In this document: piece by piece, positions 9,037 through 20,150 of the stretch
Position numbering within the stretch: the first letter of the stretch is position 1
Layout: each line of letters starts with the position of its first letter
From: Candidatus Dadabacteria bacterium
GTDB lineage: Bacteria > Desulfobacterota_D > UBA1144 > Nemesobacterales > Nemesobacteraceae
Length of the DNA: 64,000 nucleotides
Assembly: GCA_009837205.1 (NCBI GenBank)
Contig: VXTZ01000026.1
Location: forward strand, 83,629-147,628
Direction of reading: 5' to 3'
Program-made: the position numbers and the translations under genes
The notes under the pieces: model-generated
Seen by the model: the letters and a program-made list of their open reading frames with translations, nothing else
Database searches by the model: none
Told to the model about the DNA's origin: nothing

Positions 9037-10056
9037 CTACGTTTCGTATATATCGCGAAGTTCTTTCAGAATATCATCTAATAGGTTGCGGAACTTTTTC
9101 CTATTTACCTTGACACTTATTTCCGGATGAGCAAGCTCTACTCGATGGTTTCCGTGCTTTCCTGTAAAGTTGCTCAGTTTTGAATCACCAGTCTTTGAAT
9201 CATGGCTTTCCAGTTTCCTTTCCATAGCCGTGTACAGGGCCAAATACAATTTGTAACGGTAATAATCGTCTTTGTTCCTATCGAATCCTAATGCCTCAAC
9301 GAGTCGGAGAGTCGTTCTCTTGTTTTTTTCTATGTCAATCTTAATATCCTCCTCGAGGCCGTTGATCAATTTCTGTAAACGATCAGCTTTTACTCTTAAC
9401 TTCTCATCGTCCGTAGGAGCTTCAGCAACTAGCGTTGCACTCACAATTGGCTCTGGTTGGATATAGATCATGCGTCCATCTATATCGAAAAAGCAGGAAC
9501 GGCTAAAAACCTCTTTAATTGGGTCTTTACTTCTCTGTTCTATTCTTATGGCAGTAAGAATCATATCGACAAACTGATCGACACTATCTTCCTCTTCGGG
9601 CCATGTACTATCTGAAGTTTTCATTGTCATTATAATTTCTCTGCCAGAGAGGCCTCCCTGTAAAAATTCCTCACTTATAATGAAACAAGTATTTTCATCC
9701 ATTATGGTCTCGCATGGAATTTCTTGCTCTATTACGACAAAAAGAGAGGAGCCGTCTTTTCGGGAATTAACTTCCTCCTTCTCTACCTCTTCAACTTTGT
9801 GCCTAAAAGAAGGGGAAATTGAATAGTGATGGAACGGACTGTATTCCTCAAAGTAAGATTTCAAGTCTGAGACTACTGTCGCTCTTGATTGTTCCCGCTT
9901 GGCAATTAATAGGGGTGCAACCTTCATTTCAGCTTGTAAAAATATCCTAGGAAATTTGAATACATGAGTGTAGCAACGCCTCTTAATTTTGCACTTTGTT
10001 GGATGCCCATTCAATCCCCCTATATACATACGTTTAAGCCCAGCTTTCGTTAGCAT
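9037..10056 (-). CDS. hypothetical 339-aa protein, low-GC; C-terminal RVELAH (Rx4H, HEPN-like) motif
   Basis: Long ORF with no recognisable family. Its GC is visibly lower (~40%) than neighbouring core genes. Lies between rsmI and the tRNA-Ser region. The C-terminal 'GNHRVELAHPE' fits the Rx4-6H HEPN motif (speculative). Confidence 0.5.
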   Translation of the reverse strand: MLTKAGLKRMYIGGLNGHPTKCKIKRRCYTHVFKFPRIFLQAEMKVAPLLIAKREQSRATVVSDLKSYFEEYSPFHHYSISPSFRHKVEEVEKEEVNSRKDGSSLFVVIEQEIPCETIMDENTCFIISEEFLQGGLSGREIIMTMKTSDSTWPEEEDSVDQFVDMILTAIRIEQRSKDPIKEVFSRSCFFDIDGRMIYIQPEPIVSATLVAEAPTDDEKLRVKADRLQKLINGLEEDIKIDIEKNKRTTLRLVEALGFDRNKDDYYRYKLYLALYTAMERKLESHDSKTGDSKLSNFTGKHGNHRVELAHPEISVKVNRKKFRNLLDDILKELRDIYET

Positions 10057-10215
10057 TTGCTGCCTCCTTTTAAAGATGAAAAATATCCAACTTGTCTTGA
10101 TCTCTTGTCAACTATAGAGAGAAATTATCCAGTTTGTAGTGTGGGATACCAAGAGGAGCTTCTGTCCCCTGCTACCTCAAAAATCTTTTGTTCTAAGTTA
10201 GTTACAAACAGATAA

Positions 10216-10285
10216 TGGCGGAGAGCGAGGGCGGTTCAGAGCCTAACGACTGCCGGCGTGGACCAGGAGCGGTCCCCCGAGATGG
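10216..10285 (-). repeat. degenerate tRNA-Ser 3'-portion copy (pseudo-tRNA fragment; candidate att direct repeat)
   Basis: Plus strand 'ggcggagagcgagggcggttcagagcc...ctgccggcg' versus the tRNA-Ser gene 'tgcggagggcgagggattcgaaccc...cggacgccgg': 13/14 identical over the acceptor 3' strand, with recognisable T-arm and variable-arm remnants. Same orientation as the intact tRNA ~0.86 kb away. Confidence 0.45.
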
Positions 10286-10325
10286 CCGATTTGATAACTG
10301 AATAATGAGAAATACAAAGATCTAG

Positions 10326-10949
10326 TCATTTAGACAATTGTTCTTCTAACCTCTTGAAAATATCTTCCATTAATCCCACGAGTTCATCATGATAGCCTTT
10401 TAGTTTTGGTGCGTGCAGTTGAAGTTCTGAGTATGAGGAAGTGGCTGCGAAATAATCGCTGTTAGACACTGCTTTTTTATGCTCATCTACAAGCCTGCTA
10501 TTTATTTTGTAGTTGTCAATGATGGCTTTTAACGAAGTGTACACTTCTACTATTTTGCGTCGCAGGTCTAAGTCTGGGATCTGACCGATAAGATCTGCGT
10601 TTGAGTGGTAGATGGTAAAATAATCTTGGGAAATTGATACACGGACGTAAAAAACTTCTTCTTTGCCCTCTTCAAAATTTTTCCAACTAACCCCAAACTC
10701 TTCAAGATATAGGTTCCAGAGTACATGGAGTTCTTCTTCAATCGCCTGTAAAAAACCTAGAATGATTTCCTTCTGGCGCTTCTCATCACGTTGCTCCTGA
10801 GCTTTAAGCGTTTCGCGTACACTATCACGAGAGGCTTTAGCTGCCCTTTTCCCACCCTCCCTAGCAGCTAAGAAAGCACCACCTGCAATTATTAAGGCAC
10901 CAATTATTGATATTAAAAGCGGCCACATATAGTGCAACAATTTTTCCAC
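10326..10949 (-). CDS. hypothetical 207-aa protein with single N-terminal TM helix and coiled-coil; low-GC orphan
   Basis: MEKLLHYMWPLLISIIGALIIAGGAFLAA (TM), then a charged coiled-coil region. No family recognised. Bracketed by tRNA-Ser and its partial repeat. Confidence 0.5.
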   Translation of the reverse strand: MEKLLHYMWPLLISIIGALIIAGGAFLAAREGGKRAAKASRDSVRETLKAQEQRDEKRQKEIILGFLQAIEEELHVLWNLYLEEFGVSWKNFEEGKEEVFYVRVSISQDYFTIYHSNADLIGQIPDLDLRRKIVEVYTSLKAIIDNYKINSRLVDEHKKAVSNSDYFAATSSYSELQLHAPKLKGYHDELVGLMEDIFKRLEEQLSK

Positions 10950-11076
10950 AAGTTTTTTTCTCCAGTTTTATCTAAGGGTATATGCCTCTTTCATATCGTG
11001 GGATATAAAGAAGGGTTACTCTCTCCTCTTTCCACAAAAAATTTTTTATTTTCAGCAAGTTATAGATTAACAGTTG

Positions 11077-11159
<83 letters not shown>

Positions 11160-11196
11160 GGCAAAAGTCAGATTATACAGATAAACCAGACGCACT

Positions 11197-11655
11197 TCAC
11201 TGATCTTTCACGGTAATAGTTATTCTCTCCGAAAGCACGGGAGGTTTATGAGGTATGTGCAAATAATTACCCAGCAGCAAACGCAGTGTATGCTTCCCGG
11301 GAGCAAGGGTTATCTCCGTTTCCGTCTGCCCACCTCCGAAGTGCCTTACGTTCTCGCTGAAAGCAAGAGGTTTTTCCATATCCGGCAGATTTTCAAGATC
11401 GACTAACAGATGGTGATGCCCGGTATTTGGAACCTTGACCCCGGCCGGAGCGACCCCCATGTTCACAAGCCCAAATCTCACGGTAAAGGTCTTGCTGACA
11501 ACTTCTCCGTCTTTCGGAGAAATGATATACACCTTGGCACCCGGAGGAGATTCGGAAAAATACTCTTCCGCAAAAGCCATATTCCATGACACGGCCACGG
11601 CTATGAAAAGCAAGGAAAATGTCCTGATTATTATCATCTTGGAACCCTTAATCAT
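11197..11655 (-). CDS. secreted DUF4399-like protein (signal peptide)
   Basis: Signal peptide IIIRTFSLLFIAVAVSWNMAFA. The conserved 'GHHHLLVD' stretch is typical of DUF4399 periplasmic proteins. Confidence 0.55.
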   Translation of the reverse strand: MIKGSKMIIIRTFSLLFIAVAVSWNMAFAEEYFSESPPGAKVYIISPKDGEVVSKTFTVRFGLVNMGVAPAGVKVPNTGHHHLLVDLENLPDMEKPLAFSENVRHFGGGQTETEITLAPGKHTLRLLLGNYLHIPHKPPVLSERITITVKDQ

Positions 11656-11832
11656 GAAAACGATTGCTTATCTAAAGTACATGTTTTTTTCAGAATCGCC
11701 ACTTCACTGGAATGTCCGAAAAGGTGGAGAAAGACTGACCGGAGTCAAAGAAACAGAACCAATTCCAAGAGATATTGGGACAGAACTCTGAGCGGCGCGT
11801 TATGATGGGCCTAACCCGGGACCATAAGATTT

Positions 11833-12834
11833 CTAATTCCAGAGATCAACTACCACTCTTCCAACCTGGCCGCCCTTAAGTATAACGTCTATTTCAGGGT
11901 CAAGATCTTCGAGGGAGACTGTTCTGCAGATCCGCTCAAGAATATCGATCTTCCACTCGCCGGATATCTTTTCCCATACAAGCCGCCTTCTTCCCATCGG
12001 GCAGCTTGCAGAATCTATGCCCGCAAGCGTAACTCCCCTCAATATGAATGGATAGACATTCGTGTTGAGTTCATGGGAAGCCACATTGCCGCACGTAGTC
12101 ACAACTCCTCTTTGTCTCGTGGACTTAATAGCGGTGGCAAGTATCTCTCCGCCCACGGTATCAACCACCCCGGCCCACTGCCCCTTAAGCAGCAGCCTGC
12201 CCGAAGGGTCAGTTAAATCCTCTCTCCCGATTACTTCCTCTGCTCCCAAGTCCTCCAGAAACTGTTTCTGCCCCGCTTTTCCCGTCGAAGCCGTCACGCT
12301 GTAACCGGCTTTTCCGAGAATAGCGACGGCCATGCTGCCTACCCCTCCCGTCGCCCCGGTTACGAGAATCTTTCCGTCTTCAGGGCTTACTCCACCCTCC
12401 ACGATTCTTAACACTGACTGTGCCGCCGTAAAACCCGCGGTCCCGTACATCATCGACTCTTTTAGATCAAGCCCCGCAGGCAGGTTAACCACCCAGTCAG
12501 CCGGAACCCTCACGTATTGTCCAAATCCTCCGGAGGTATCCATTCCCAAGTCGTAGCCATGCACTATAACCTTGTCTCCAGATTCAAACTCTGCACTTTC
12601 TGAACGCTCGACTACACCGGCGGCGTCAACGCCGGGCGTATGGGGGTAATTCCTGGTAACGCCCCTGTTTCCTATGGCTGAGAGAGCATCCTTGTAGTTG
12701 AGAGATGAATATTTTACGTTTAGGAGCACCTCCCCGTCCGGGAGACTGTCTAGTTTTCTGGTCGTGATTTCCCTCGTGAATTTTTCATTTTCATCCCTGC
12801 TTACAACCATCGCCTTGAAATCATCAGAACTCAT
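11833..12834 (-). CDS. acuI: YhdH/AcuI-family NADPH:quinone/acrylyl-CoA reductase (MDR superfamily)
   Basis: KFTREITTRKLDSLPDGEVLLNVKYSSLNYKDALS...ILVTGATGGVGSMAVAILGKAGYSVTASTGK matches the YhdH/AcuI family. Confidence 0.8.
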   Translation of the reverse strand: MSSDDFKAMVVSRDENEKFTREITTRKLDSLPDGEVLLNVKYSSLNYKDALSAIGNRGVTRNYPHTPGVDAAGVVERSESAEFESGDKVIVHGYDLGMDTSGGFGQYVRVPADWVVNLPAGLDLKESMMYGTAGFTAAQSVLRIVEGGVSPEDGKILVTGATGGVGSMAVAILGKAGYSVTASTGKAGQKQFLEDLGAEEVIGREDLTDPSGRLLLKGQWAGVVDTVGGEILATAIKSTRQRGVVTTCGNVASHELNTNVYPFILRGVTLAGIDSASCPMGRRRLVWEKISGEWKIDILERICRTVSLEDLDPEIDVILKGGQVGRVVVDLWN

Positions 12835-12846
12835 TTAAAACCTCCT

Positions 12847-13755
12847 TCAGTTACGGTTTTTATCTCCGCAGAGATCCTCAAGCGCAAGTAAAAGCGCCTG
12901 CGTTCCGAGCCTCCCGTGCCCAAGCTCGCTCGCCCTTTCATAAAGGGATTTAACAAGAGCAAGCCCCGGAAGATCAATCCCCATCCGTTGCGATTCCCCG
13001 AGAGCAATCTCCATGTCTTTTATAAAATGTTCAACGAAAAAGCCCGGGTCGAAATCCCTGTCCATTATTCTGGGACCGAGGTTGTTCAGAAGCCAGCTCG
13101 AGGCCGCGCCGCTCCCCACGGAGCGAAGCATGGTACGGGGGTCCAGCCCTGCCTTCTGACAATAGATCAAGTTCTCGCAGATTCCTATCATTACCCCAGC
13201 TACCGTGATCTGATTGCACATCTTCGCATGCTGACCCGAACCCGCTTTTCCCTGGTGCACGATGTTTTTTCCTAGGAGCCCCAGAAGCGGTTTCACCGAA
13301 TTAAAAACTTCCTCATCTCCTCCAACCATTATTGAAAGCTCTCCCTTCACGGCTCCTACGTCTCCCCCGGAAACCGGAGAGTCCAAAGAAGAGCAGCCGA
13401 ACCCAAGCGCCTTTTCGTATATCTCTATTGCAAGGGTCGGTTCGGTCGTGGTCATGTCAACGAAGATGCGGCCGGGCTCGGGCTCAATCAGAAGGCCATC
13501 GCGACCGAAATACACCTCTCTTACGTCATCCGGGTAACCGACAATGGTAAAGATAACGTCAGCCTGGCGGACGACCTCGGCGGGAGAGTCGCACCAGGTG
13601 GCGCCTTCACTCAGCAGTTCTCCCGCCTTTTCCTTTGTTCTGTTAAAAACAAAAACGCGGTACCCGGCACGAACGAGATGTCCGCACATGGGCGCACCCA
13701 TGATCCCCGTTCCTATCCACCCTATCGAACTTTGCTCGGAACTTATTTCATTCAT
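12847..13755 (-). CDS. NAD(P)-dependent 3-hydroxyisobutyrate/tartronate-semialdehyde-type dehydrogenase (MmsB/GarR family)
   Basis: Rossmann motif IGWIGTGIMGAPMCGHLVRAGYRVFVFNRT plus the 6-PGDH-like C-terminal domain. Confidence 0.85.
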   Translation of the reverse strand: MNEISSEQSSIGWIGTGIMGAPMCGHLVRAGYRVFVFNRTKEKAGELLSEGATWCDSPAEVVRQADVIFTIVGYPDDVREVYFGRDGLLIEPEPGRIFVDMTTTEPTLAIEIYEKALGFGCSSLDSPVSGGDVGAVKGELSIMVGGDEEVFNSVKPLLGLLGKNIVHQGKAGSGQHAKMCNQITVAGVMIGICENLIYCQKAGLDPRTMLRSVGSGAASSWLLNNLGPRIMDRDFDPGFFVEHFIKDMEIALGESQRMGIDLPGLALVKSLYERASELGHGRLGTQALLLALEDLCGDKNRN

Positions 13756-13767
13756 TTGCGCTGGGAA

Positions 13768-15444
13768 CTATTGCGATGCGACGCTTTGCCGCTTAAGCAT
13801 GGGAAGATATTTCCCGCCAAGGAGTATATGACCCTCGCTTGAACCGGCAAGAAGCCTTTGCACGAGATATTCTCTGTCAGGCCCGAGAACGTTAACCCCG
13901 TGGTCTGACTCGACAAGGCACAGAAGCTTTATGTCGCTGCCATTTTGGGTTGCGGTCTCGTAAACCGCAGAATAGTTGAGAAGAGCAGCTTCCACGGTAC
14001 CGCAGGGAAGAGATGGATTCCGGGCTCCGGCGTGGTGTTCACTTCCCCGGAACCAGCATGGGTCAGGGTAGCCGTGGAAATGCAGAATCGACATTTCCTT
14101 CTCAATCAGAGAAGGGGCGTAAAGAGCGGAAGAGAGTGCCTGAGAGAGTATAACGTAAGTATCAAAAGACGGCCTTATATCTCTCCTCCCCAAGTCGACT
14201 CCTCTGGGTATTTGAAGATGAAGCTTTCCCTTCAAAAGGCCAATTCTGACTATATCCGAATCCGGATTCAAGTTTGTCTTATCGCATCCTGACCTTGAAG
14301 TGACAATCCATATGTCCGGAACCTGCTGATACACCGTCTCATCAGCGAGAAGGGTTCTAACATACCATCTGTCGTTCGAGGCCGCTCTTACCTCGTCGGG
14401 ATTGTAATTCGGAATCTCCTGCAGGGAATTCCACATATTCTCATCGATATATTTATCCCCATCGTATCCAGGAGGCTCGGCAAGCGCTATGAAACCGTAC
14501 GAAACCCCGGTTCTCCCGTCAAGTATTTTGTTCGCCACATCCCTGTGCGACAGGCGCTTTATCGCATCTATAAACTTCGACCCCGCAGGGAAAAGATCGG
14601 TGCTTTTGAGGTCAGCACCCAAGGTAGACAGCTTCTTGGCGTATTCAAATTCCTGCGGGTCGTACTCGCTTACGGAAAAACGCGTCAGAATAGGTGGCTT
14701 TATAGGAGCGTATATCTTCGGAATAAGCGAATAGAGCACGAAATCATCAAGCTGATCATGGGCGTATATGGAATCGGAGAGATTCATGTTTATTATCGCG
14801 AAATTCCTGCGCGAAACACCTATAACGATCTCCGACATGTTGTTTATCAGGTTTTTCAGGCCCAAGGAAATTTTTCTTTCATAGGTCGTATCCTCATTCT
14901 CAAACTCCGGGTCAAGGGACATTATCGTGATAACCTGGGTGTTATAGGGATCCTGGAGATAGCCGACGGTGAAATCGTCCGCCCATCCGCTTATCTTCAG
15001 TATGCTGCTGACCGAAAGGCTGTCCTTCCTGACAATCCTGTAGATGTTCTCGGCTACCTTGCTCAGAAGCCATCTGATCGGAGAAAGCTTCTTTTTAACA
15101 TCTATTACGGCGTTTACCTTCCTCCTAACGGACTTAAGTCCCATGAGCTTGGAAAACATTCCGTAAGATGCGTCCTCGGTGGTTGCGTCTTCCCAGGAAA
15201 TTACGTTTGCCCCGTTGCTCAGAAGCGAGTTTCTGAGTCTTTCCCTGTAAGCGTTTATCTCGGTGTTTGGGTAATTTTTCGGAAGCGGCTTGAAGGTTAC
15301 GATAACCCGCTCCGACATCTCAGTCGGATTTTTAGGGTTAACCAGGTTCTTTATCTTCGGCATTCCGGAAAGCGCCGCTATGGTCCGCAGATCTAAATCC
15401 GCAATTCCTTGACTTTCATTCATAAAAAAGACAACCTCACACAA
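13768..15444 (-). CDS. conserved hypothetical 558-aa protein, first gene of operon with two oxidoreductases
   Basis: Long ORF (likely start MNESQG at ~15423). A 13-nt gap to the downstream dehydrogenase gene. No motif recognised. Confidence 0.55.
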   Translation of the reverse strand: MCEVVFFMNESQGIADLDLRTIAALSGMPKIKNLVNPKNPTEMSERVIVTFKPLPKNYPNTEINAYRERLRNSLLSNGANVISWEDATTEDASYGMFSKLMGLKSVRRKVNAVIDVKKKLSPIRWLLSKVAENIYRIVRKDSLSVSSILKISGWADDFTVGYLQDPYNTQVITIMSLDPEFENEDTTYERKISLGLKNLINNMSEIVIGVSRRNFAIINMNLSDSIYAHDQLDDFVLYSLIPKIYAPIKPPILTRFSVSEYDPQEFEYAKKLSTLGADLKSTDLFPAGSKFIDAIKRLSHRDVANKILDGRTGVSYGFIALAEPPGYDGDKYIDENMWNSLQEIPNYNPDEVRAASNDRWYVRTLLADETVYQQVPDIWIVTSRSGCDKTNLNPDSDIVRIGLLKGKLHLQIPRGVDLGRRDIRPSFDTYVILSQALSSALYAPSLIEKEMSILHFHGYPDPCWFRGSEHHAGARNPSLPCGTVEAALLNYSAVYETATQNGSDIKLLCLVESDHGVNVLGPDREYLVQRLLAGSSEGHILLGGKYLPMLKRQSVASQ

Positions 15445-15520
15445 CCCGCATCAGGAAACAGGCACAGGGGCAAAAAACAGAGCAAACGAAAGTTCCAACC
15501 GAGTCCGGACAACCTAGAGT

Positions 15521-16270
15521 TTAACGATTGCTACGGATTTTTTCAATCTCGCGAAGCATCTCTTCCCGGACTACACCTTCAAGCTTTTCGCCACCCTCTT
15601 TTCCCTTTGGAAAGCTTGCGGTATCTATAGGAGGAAGGATTCTGACTACAATATCCCTGTCGGTATTAAGTTCGTAGGAACCCTTTTTCCTTATATCCTT
15701 GCCTCCCCATATGATCATCGGCACAACCGGCACCCTTGAAAGCGAAGCCATAAAAAAACCGCCCTGCTTAAAGGGAAGAAGTTCTCCATCCTCGCTTCTT
15801 GTGCCCTCTGGGGCAATAATCACTGAAGGCCCATTTCTTATTTTCCTTACGATTTCCCGGACTCTGTTCGTATCTCCAACCGAACCGTCCCTCGCAACGA
15901 AATATTGTCCGCTAAGTGAGCACACCCAGCCGATAAAAGGAATCGAGGCGACTTCATTCTTCATGACCGCCCTCCATTCGAAAGGCAGCGCCGCGGAGAA
16001 AACAGGTATGTCTAGGGAACTCTGGTGGTTGAACATCACTATGAAAGGAGCTTGCGGGAAGTTTTCAGTTCCTTTTACGTCAAGCCGCACTCCGCAGGAC
16101 CAAAGAACTGTTTTTCCCCAAGGCCGAACGGAGCACTTTATAAGATGCCTTACGGCAAGAAGTGACATCACGATTCCCACGCTGCCCCAGAATGCCGTAA
16201 ACAGAGACGAAAGAATTATTGCCACAATGCTTCTTATTTTCTTCATCACTGCTACTCCGTCGCGTCGCAA
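15521..16270 (-). CDS. plsC: 1-acyl-sn-glycerol-3-phosphate acyltransferase
   Basis: N-terminal TM, the acyltransferase H(X)4D block 'NHQSSLD' and the PEGTRS motif. Start probably MKKIRS (~16244). Confidence 0.85.
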   Translation of the reverse strand: MRRDGVAVMKKIRSIVAIILSSLFTAFWGSVGIVMSLLAVRHLIKCSVRPWGKTVLWSCGVRLDVKGTENFPQAPFIVMFNHQSSLDIPVFSAALPFEWRAVMKNEVASIPFIGWVCSLSGQYFVARDGSVGDTNRVREIVRKIRNGPSVIIAPEGTRSEDGELLPFKQGGFFMASLSRVPVVPMIIWGGKDIRKKGSYELNTDRDIVVRILPPIDTASFPKGKEGGEKLEGVVREEMLREIEKIRSNR

Positions 16271-16292
16271 AAAGAGTTTCCGGGATCCTGGC

Positions 16293-17174
16293 CTATGCGG
16301 GAACTATAATGTTTACTCCCTGCTCCTCAATCCGTATATCATGTTTTCCGGAACGAAGAAGAAATGTCTCCCCGTCCATGTGAGCCGGAAGATCGGTAAA
16401 GGTTTCAAACCGCAACTGCCTTGCCCTTACTATACTGACCTCTCGAAGTCCCTCATGGCGGCCCTCAAGCACCTTTTGTATCTTAAAAAGCCTTCCCAGA
16501 GAACTCATGTCGCTTATTATATGGATGTCGAGATATCCGTCGAATATGTCAGCCCCAGGAGCTAGGTTGAACTTTCCACCCTGAAAAGGGCCGTTTGAAG
16601 CGCCGAAGAGAAGCAGTCTTTCGCCCGCGACATCGACTTCTCCATCCATCTCGGAGAAAAAACCCTGGAACCGAAACGCCTCGATCACCGCTCCAACAAC
16701 GTAACCGAAGGAACCGAAACGCCTGAGGCCCAGATCCCCGAAATCGTGCGCTACGGCCCCGTCCATCCCTACCCCGAAACCGTTTATAAAGCATTTTTCG
16801 TCAACAAAAGCCACATCAGCTTTTCTCGTTCGGCCAGAAAAAATATTGTCCACCGCCGCACGCGTATTAAGGGGAATACCGGCTGCCTTCGAGAAATCGT
16901 TCCCGCTGCCTCCCGGAACTATTCCCAAAACAGCTTCGGTTCCGTGAATCGAACTTACGATCTCACTTGACGTACCGTCTCCTCCAAGAGAAATCATGTG
17001 GGTAAAGCCTTCACCAAGCCCTTCCGCGGCGATCTTCGCGGCGTGCCCGGGGAACTGCGTAAGTCTCACCTCGTGGACAATTTCTTTTGCTTCAAAAGCA
17101 CTACGGATCTGTTCAAGTGTTGGCCCAGGCGGTTTTGTACCCGCCTTGGGATTTGCTATTACAAGGTATTTCAT
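16293..17174 (-). CDS. diacylglycerol-kinase-catalytic-domain lipid kinase (YegS/BmrU family)
   Basis: MKYLVIANPKAGTK...MISLGGDGTSSEIVSSI...GIVPGGSGNDF is the DAGK_cat signature. Confidence 0.8.
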   Translation of the reverse strand: MKYLVIANPKAGTKPPGPTLEQIRSAFEAKEIVHEVRLTQFPGHAAKIAAEGLGEGFTHMISLGGDGTSSEIVSSIHGTEAVLGIVPGGSGNDFSKAAGIPLNTRAAVDNIFSGRTRKADVAFVDEKCFINGFGVGMDGAVAHDFGDLGLRRFGSFGYVVGAVIEAFRFQGFFSEMDGEVDVAGERLLLFGASNGPFQGGKFNLAPGADIFDGYLDIHIISDMSSLGRLFKIQKVLEGRHEGLREVSIVRARQLRFETFTDLPAHMDGETFLLRSGKHDIRIEEQGVNIIVPA

Positions 17175-17293
17175 CCTGTTCTATTGCTCCCGGAATCGGT
17201 GATTACGGAACATTATGATACCCTACAACTTGATTAATAATTGTTTTTCTGGTATTAAAACCAGATTTGCAAAAGGAATTCGGAGGATAATTA

Positions 17294-18214
17294 ATGACAG
17301 AAGAAGCCGTAGCTAGCGAAAAACTCAGCATGAAAAGCCTGCTTGAAGCGGGGGTACATTTCGGACACCAGAAAAGCCACTGGAACCCGAAAATGAAATC
17401 CTTTATCTTCGGAGCAAGAAACGGCATTCACATAATCGATCTTCAGCAGACCGTCACGCTTTTTAACAGGGCGTACACTTTCGTGAAAAACACAGTGGCG
17501 GACGGAGGAACCGTTTTGCTGGTGGGGACCAAGAAACAGGCCCGGGGAATAATCGAGGAAGAATCGGTCCGATGCAACATGCCCTACATAAACACGCGTT
17601 GGCTGGGCGGAACCCTTACCAATTTCAACACGATACGTTCGAGGGTTGATTACCTGCTGGAACTGAAGAAACTTGAGGAAGACGGGCAGATGGAAATGCT
17701 TCCGAAAAGGGAAGCGAAAAACCTTAGAAGGGAGATAGTAAAGCTCGAAGGGCTTCTGGGTGGAATAGTAACCATGAGGCGCGCTCCCGACGCTATTTTC
17801 GTCGTAGATACAAAAAAAGAGCATATAGCCATAAAAGAAGCGAGAAACCTCTCGATACCGGTTATAGCAATCGTGGACACGAACTGCGACCCCGCAAATG
17901 CGGATTATCCGATTCCGAGTAATGACGACGCCATAAGGGCGATAAAGCTGTTCACCTCAAAAATAGCCGACGCCTGCATTGAGGGAACTCACATATACCA
18001 GGAGAAACTGGTGAGCGGAGAGGTTGAACAGGTAAAAGAAGACAGCCTTGAGGGCGTAGTGGTAGAAAGGAAGGTATTTGTTTTCAAAGAAGCTGAGTCC
18101 GATGAAAGTGAGGAAAGCTTTGTTTCCGTAGCGATCTCCGAATCTTCGCAAAGTGAAGACGCTCGGGCACAGAAAGAGATATCGGAGAATACAGAAGATA
18201 AAAAAGAGGATTAA
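17294..18214 (+). CDS. rpsB: 30S ribosomal protein S2 (with ~50-aa acidic C-terminal extension)
   Basis: [38 protein letters not shown] is the S2 consensus. The tail is rich in E/D/S. Confidence 0.95.
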   Translation: MTEEAVASEKLSMKSLLEAGVHFGHQKSHWNPKMKSFIFGARNGIHIIDLQQTVTLFNRAYTFVKNTVADGGTVLLVGTKKQARGIIEEESVRCNMPYINTRWLGGTLTNFNTIRSRVDYLLELKKLEEDGQMEMLPKREAKNLRREIVKLEGLLGGIVTMRRAPDAIFVVDTKKEHIAIKEARNLSIPVIAIVDTNCDPANADYPIPSNDDAIRAIKLFTSKIADACIEGTHIYQEKLVSGEVEQVKEDSLEGVVVERKVFVFKEAESDESEESFVSVAISESSQSEDARAQKEISENTEDKKED

Positions 18215-18216
18215 AA

Positions 18217-18813
18217 ATGGCTGAAATCAAGGCAACAATGGTAAAGGAGCTGAGAGAAAAAACAGGAGCTCCTTTTCTTGACTGCAAGAACGCGCTTGTG
18301 GAAACCGACGGGGACTTCGAAAAAGCTTCCGAGGTCCTGAGAATAAAGGGCGTCGCGAAAGCTTCTAAGAAAACTACCAGAAAAACCGACCAGGGAATCA
18401 TATCCTCATACGTTCACGCGGGTGGCAAGATCGGCGTAATGCTCGAAGTTAACTGCGAAACGGATTTTGTGGCCAGAAACGACGAGTTTCAGAACCTCTG
18501 CAGGGAAGTCGCCATGCAGATAGCGGCAAACAATCCGACTTACGTAAGAAAGGAAGAGGTTTCGGAAGAAGAAGTAGAAAATGAAAGGCGGATTCTCAAG
18601 GCAGAAGCTATGGAATCGGGAAAACCCGAGAATATAGCGGAAAAAATGGTTGCGGGAAGAATAAACAAGTTTTTCGAGGAGATATGCCTTCTTGAGCAAC
18701 CCTACATAAGAGATCCCAAGATGAAAGTCATGGATCTTGTAAACAACCTGATAGCCAAAATCGGCGAAAACATAGTTGTAAAAAGGTTCGTAAGATACCA
18801 GCTGGGCGAATGA
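18217..18813 (+). CDS. tsf: elongation factor Ts
   Basis: MAEIKATMVKELREKTGAPFLDCKNALVETDGDFEKASEVLRIKG. rpsB-tsf synteny. Confidence 0.95.
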   Translation: MAEIKATMVKELREKTGAPFLDCKNALVETDGDFEKASEVLRIKGVAKASKKTTRKTDQGIISSYVHAGGKIGVMLEVNCETDFVARNDEFQNLCREVAMQIAANNPTYVRKEEVSEEEVENERRILKAEAMESGKPENIAEKMVAGRINKFFEEICLLEQPYIRDPKMKVMDLVNNLIAKIGENIVVKRFVRYQLGE

Positions 18814-20138
<1,325 letters not shown>

Positions 20139-20150
20139 GAACCACGCGGA

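Noticed and set aside
14545-15396. 283-aa ORF on the plus strand inside the 558-aa minus-strand gene
   Set aside because: It is a shadow ORF of the longer gene. The opposite-strand frame has a coherent operon context and the longer open frame.
15699-16565. 288-aa plus-strand ORF overlapping plsC and the lipid kinase gene
   Set aside because: It is antisense to two genes with clear family signatures (NHQSSLD; GGDGT).
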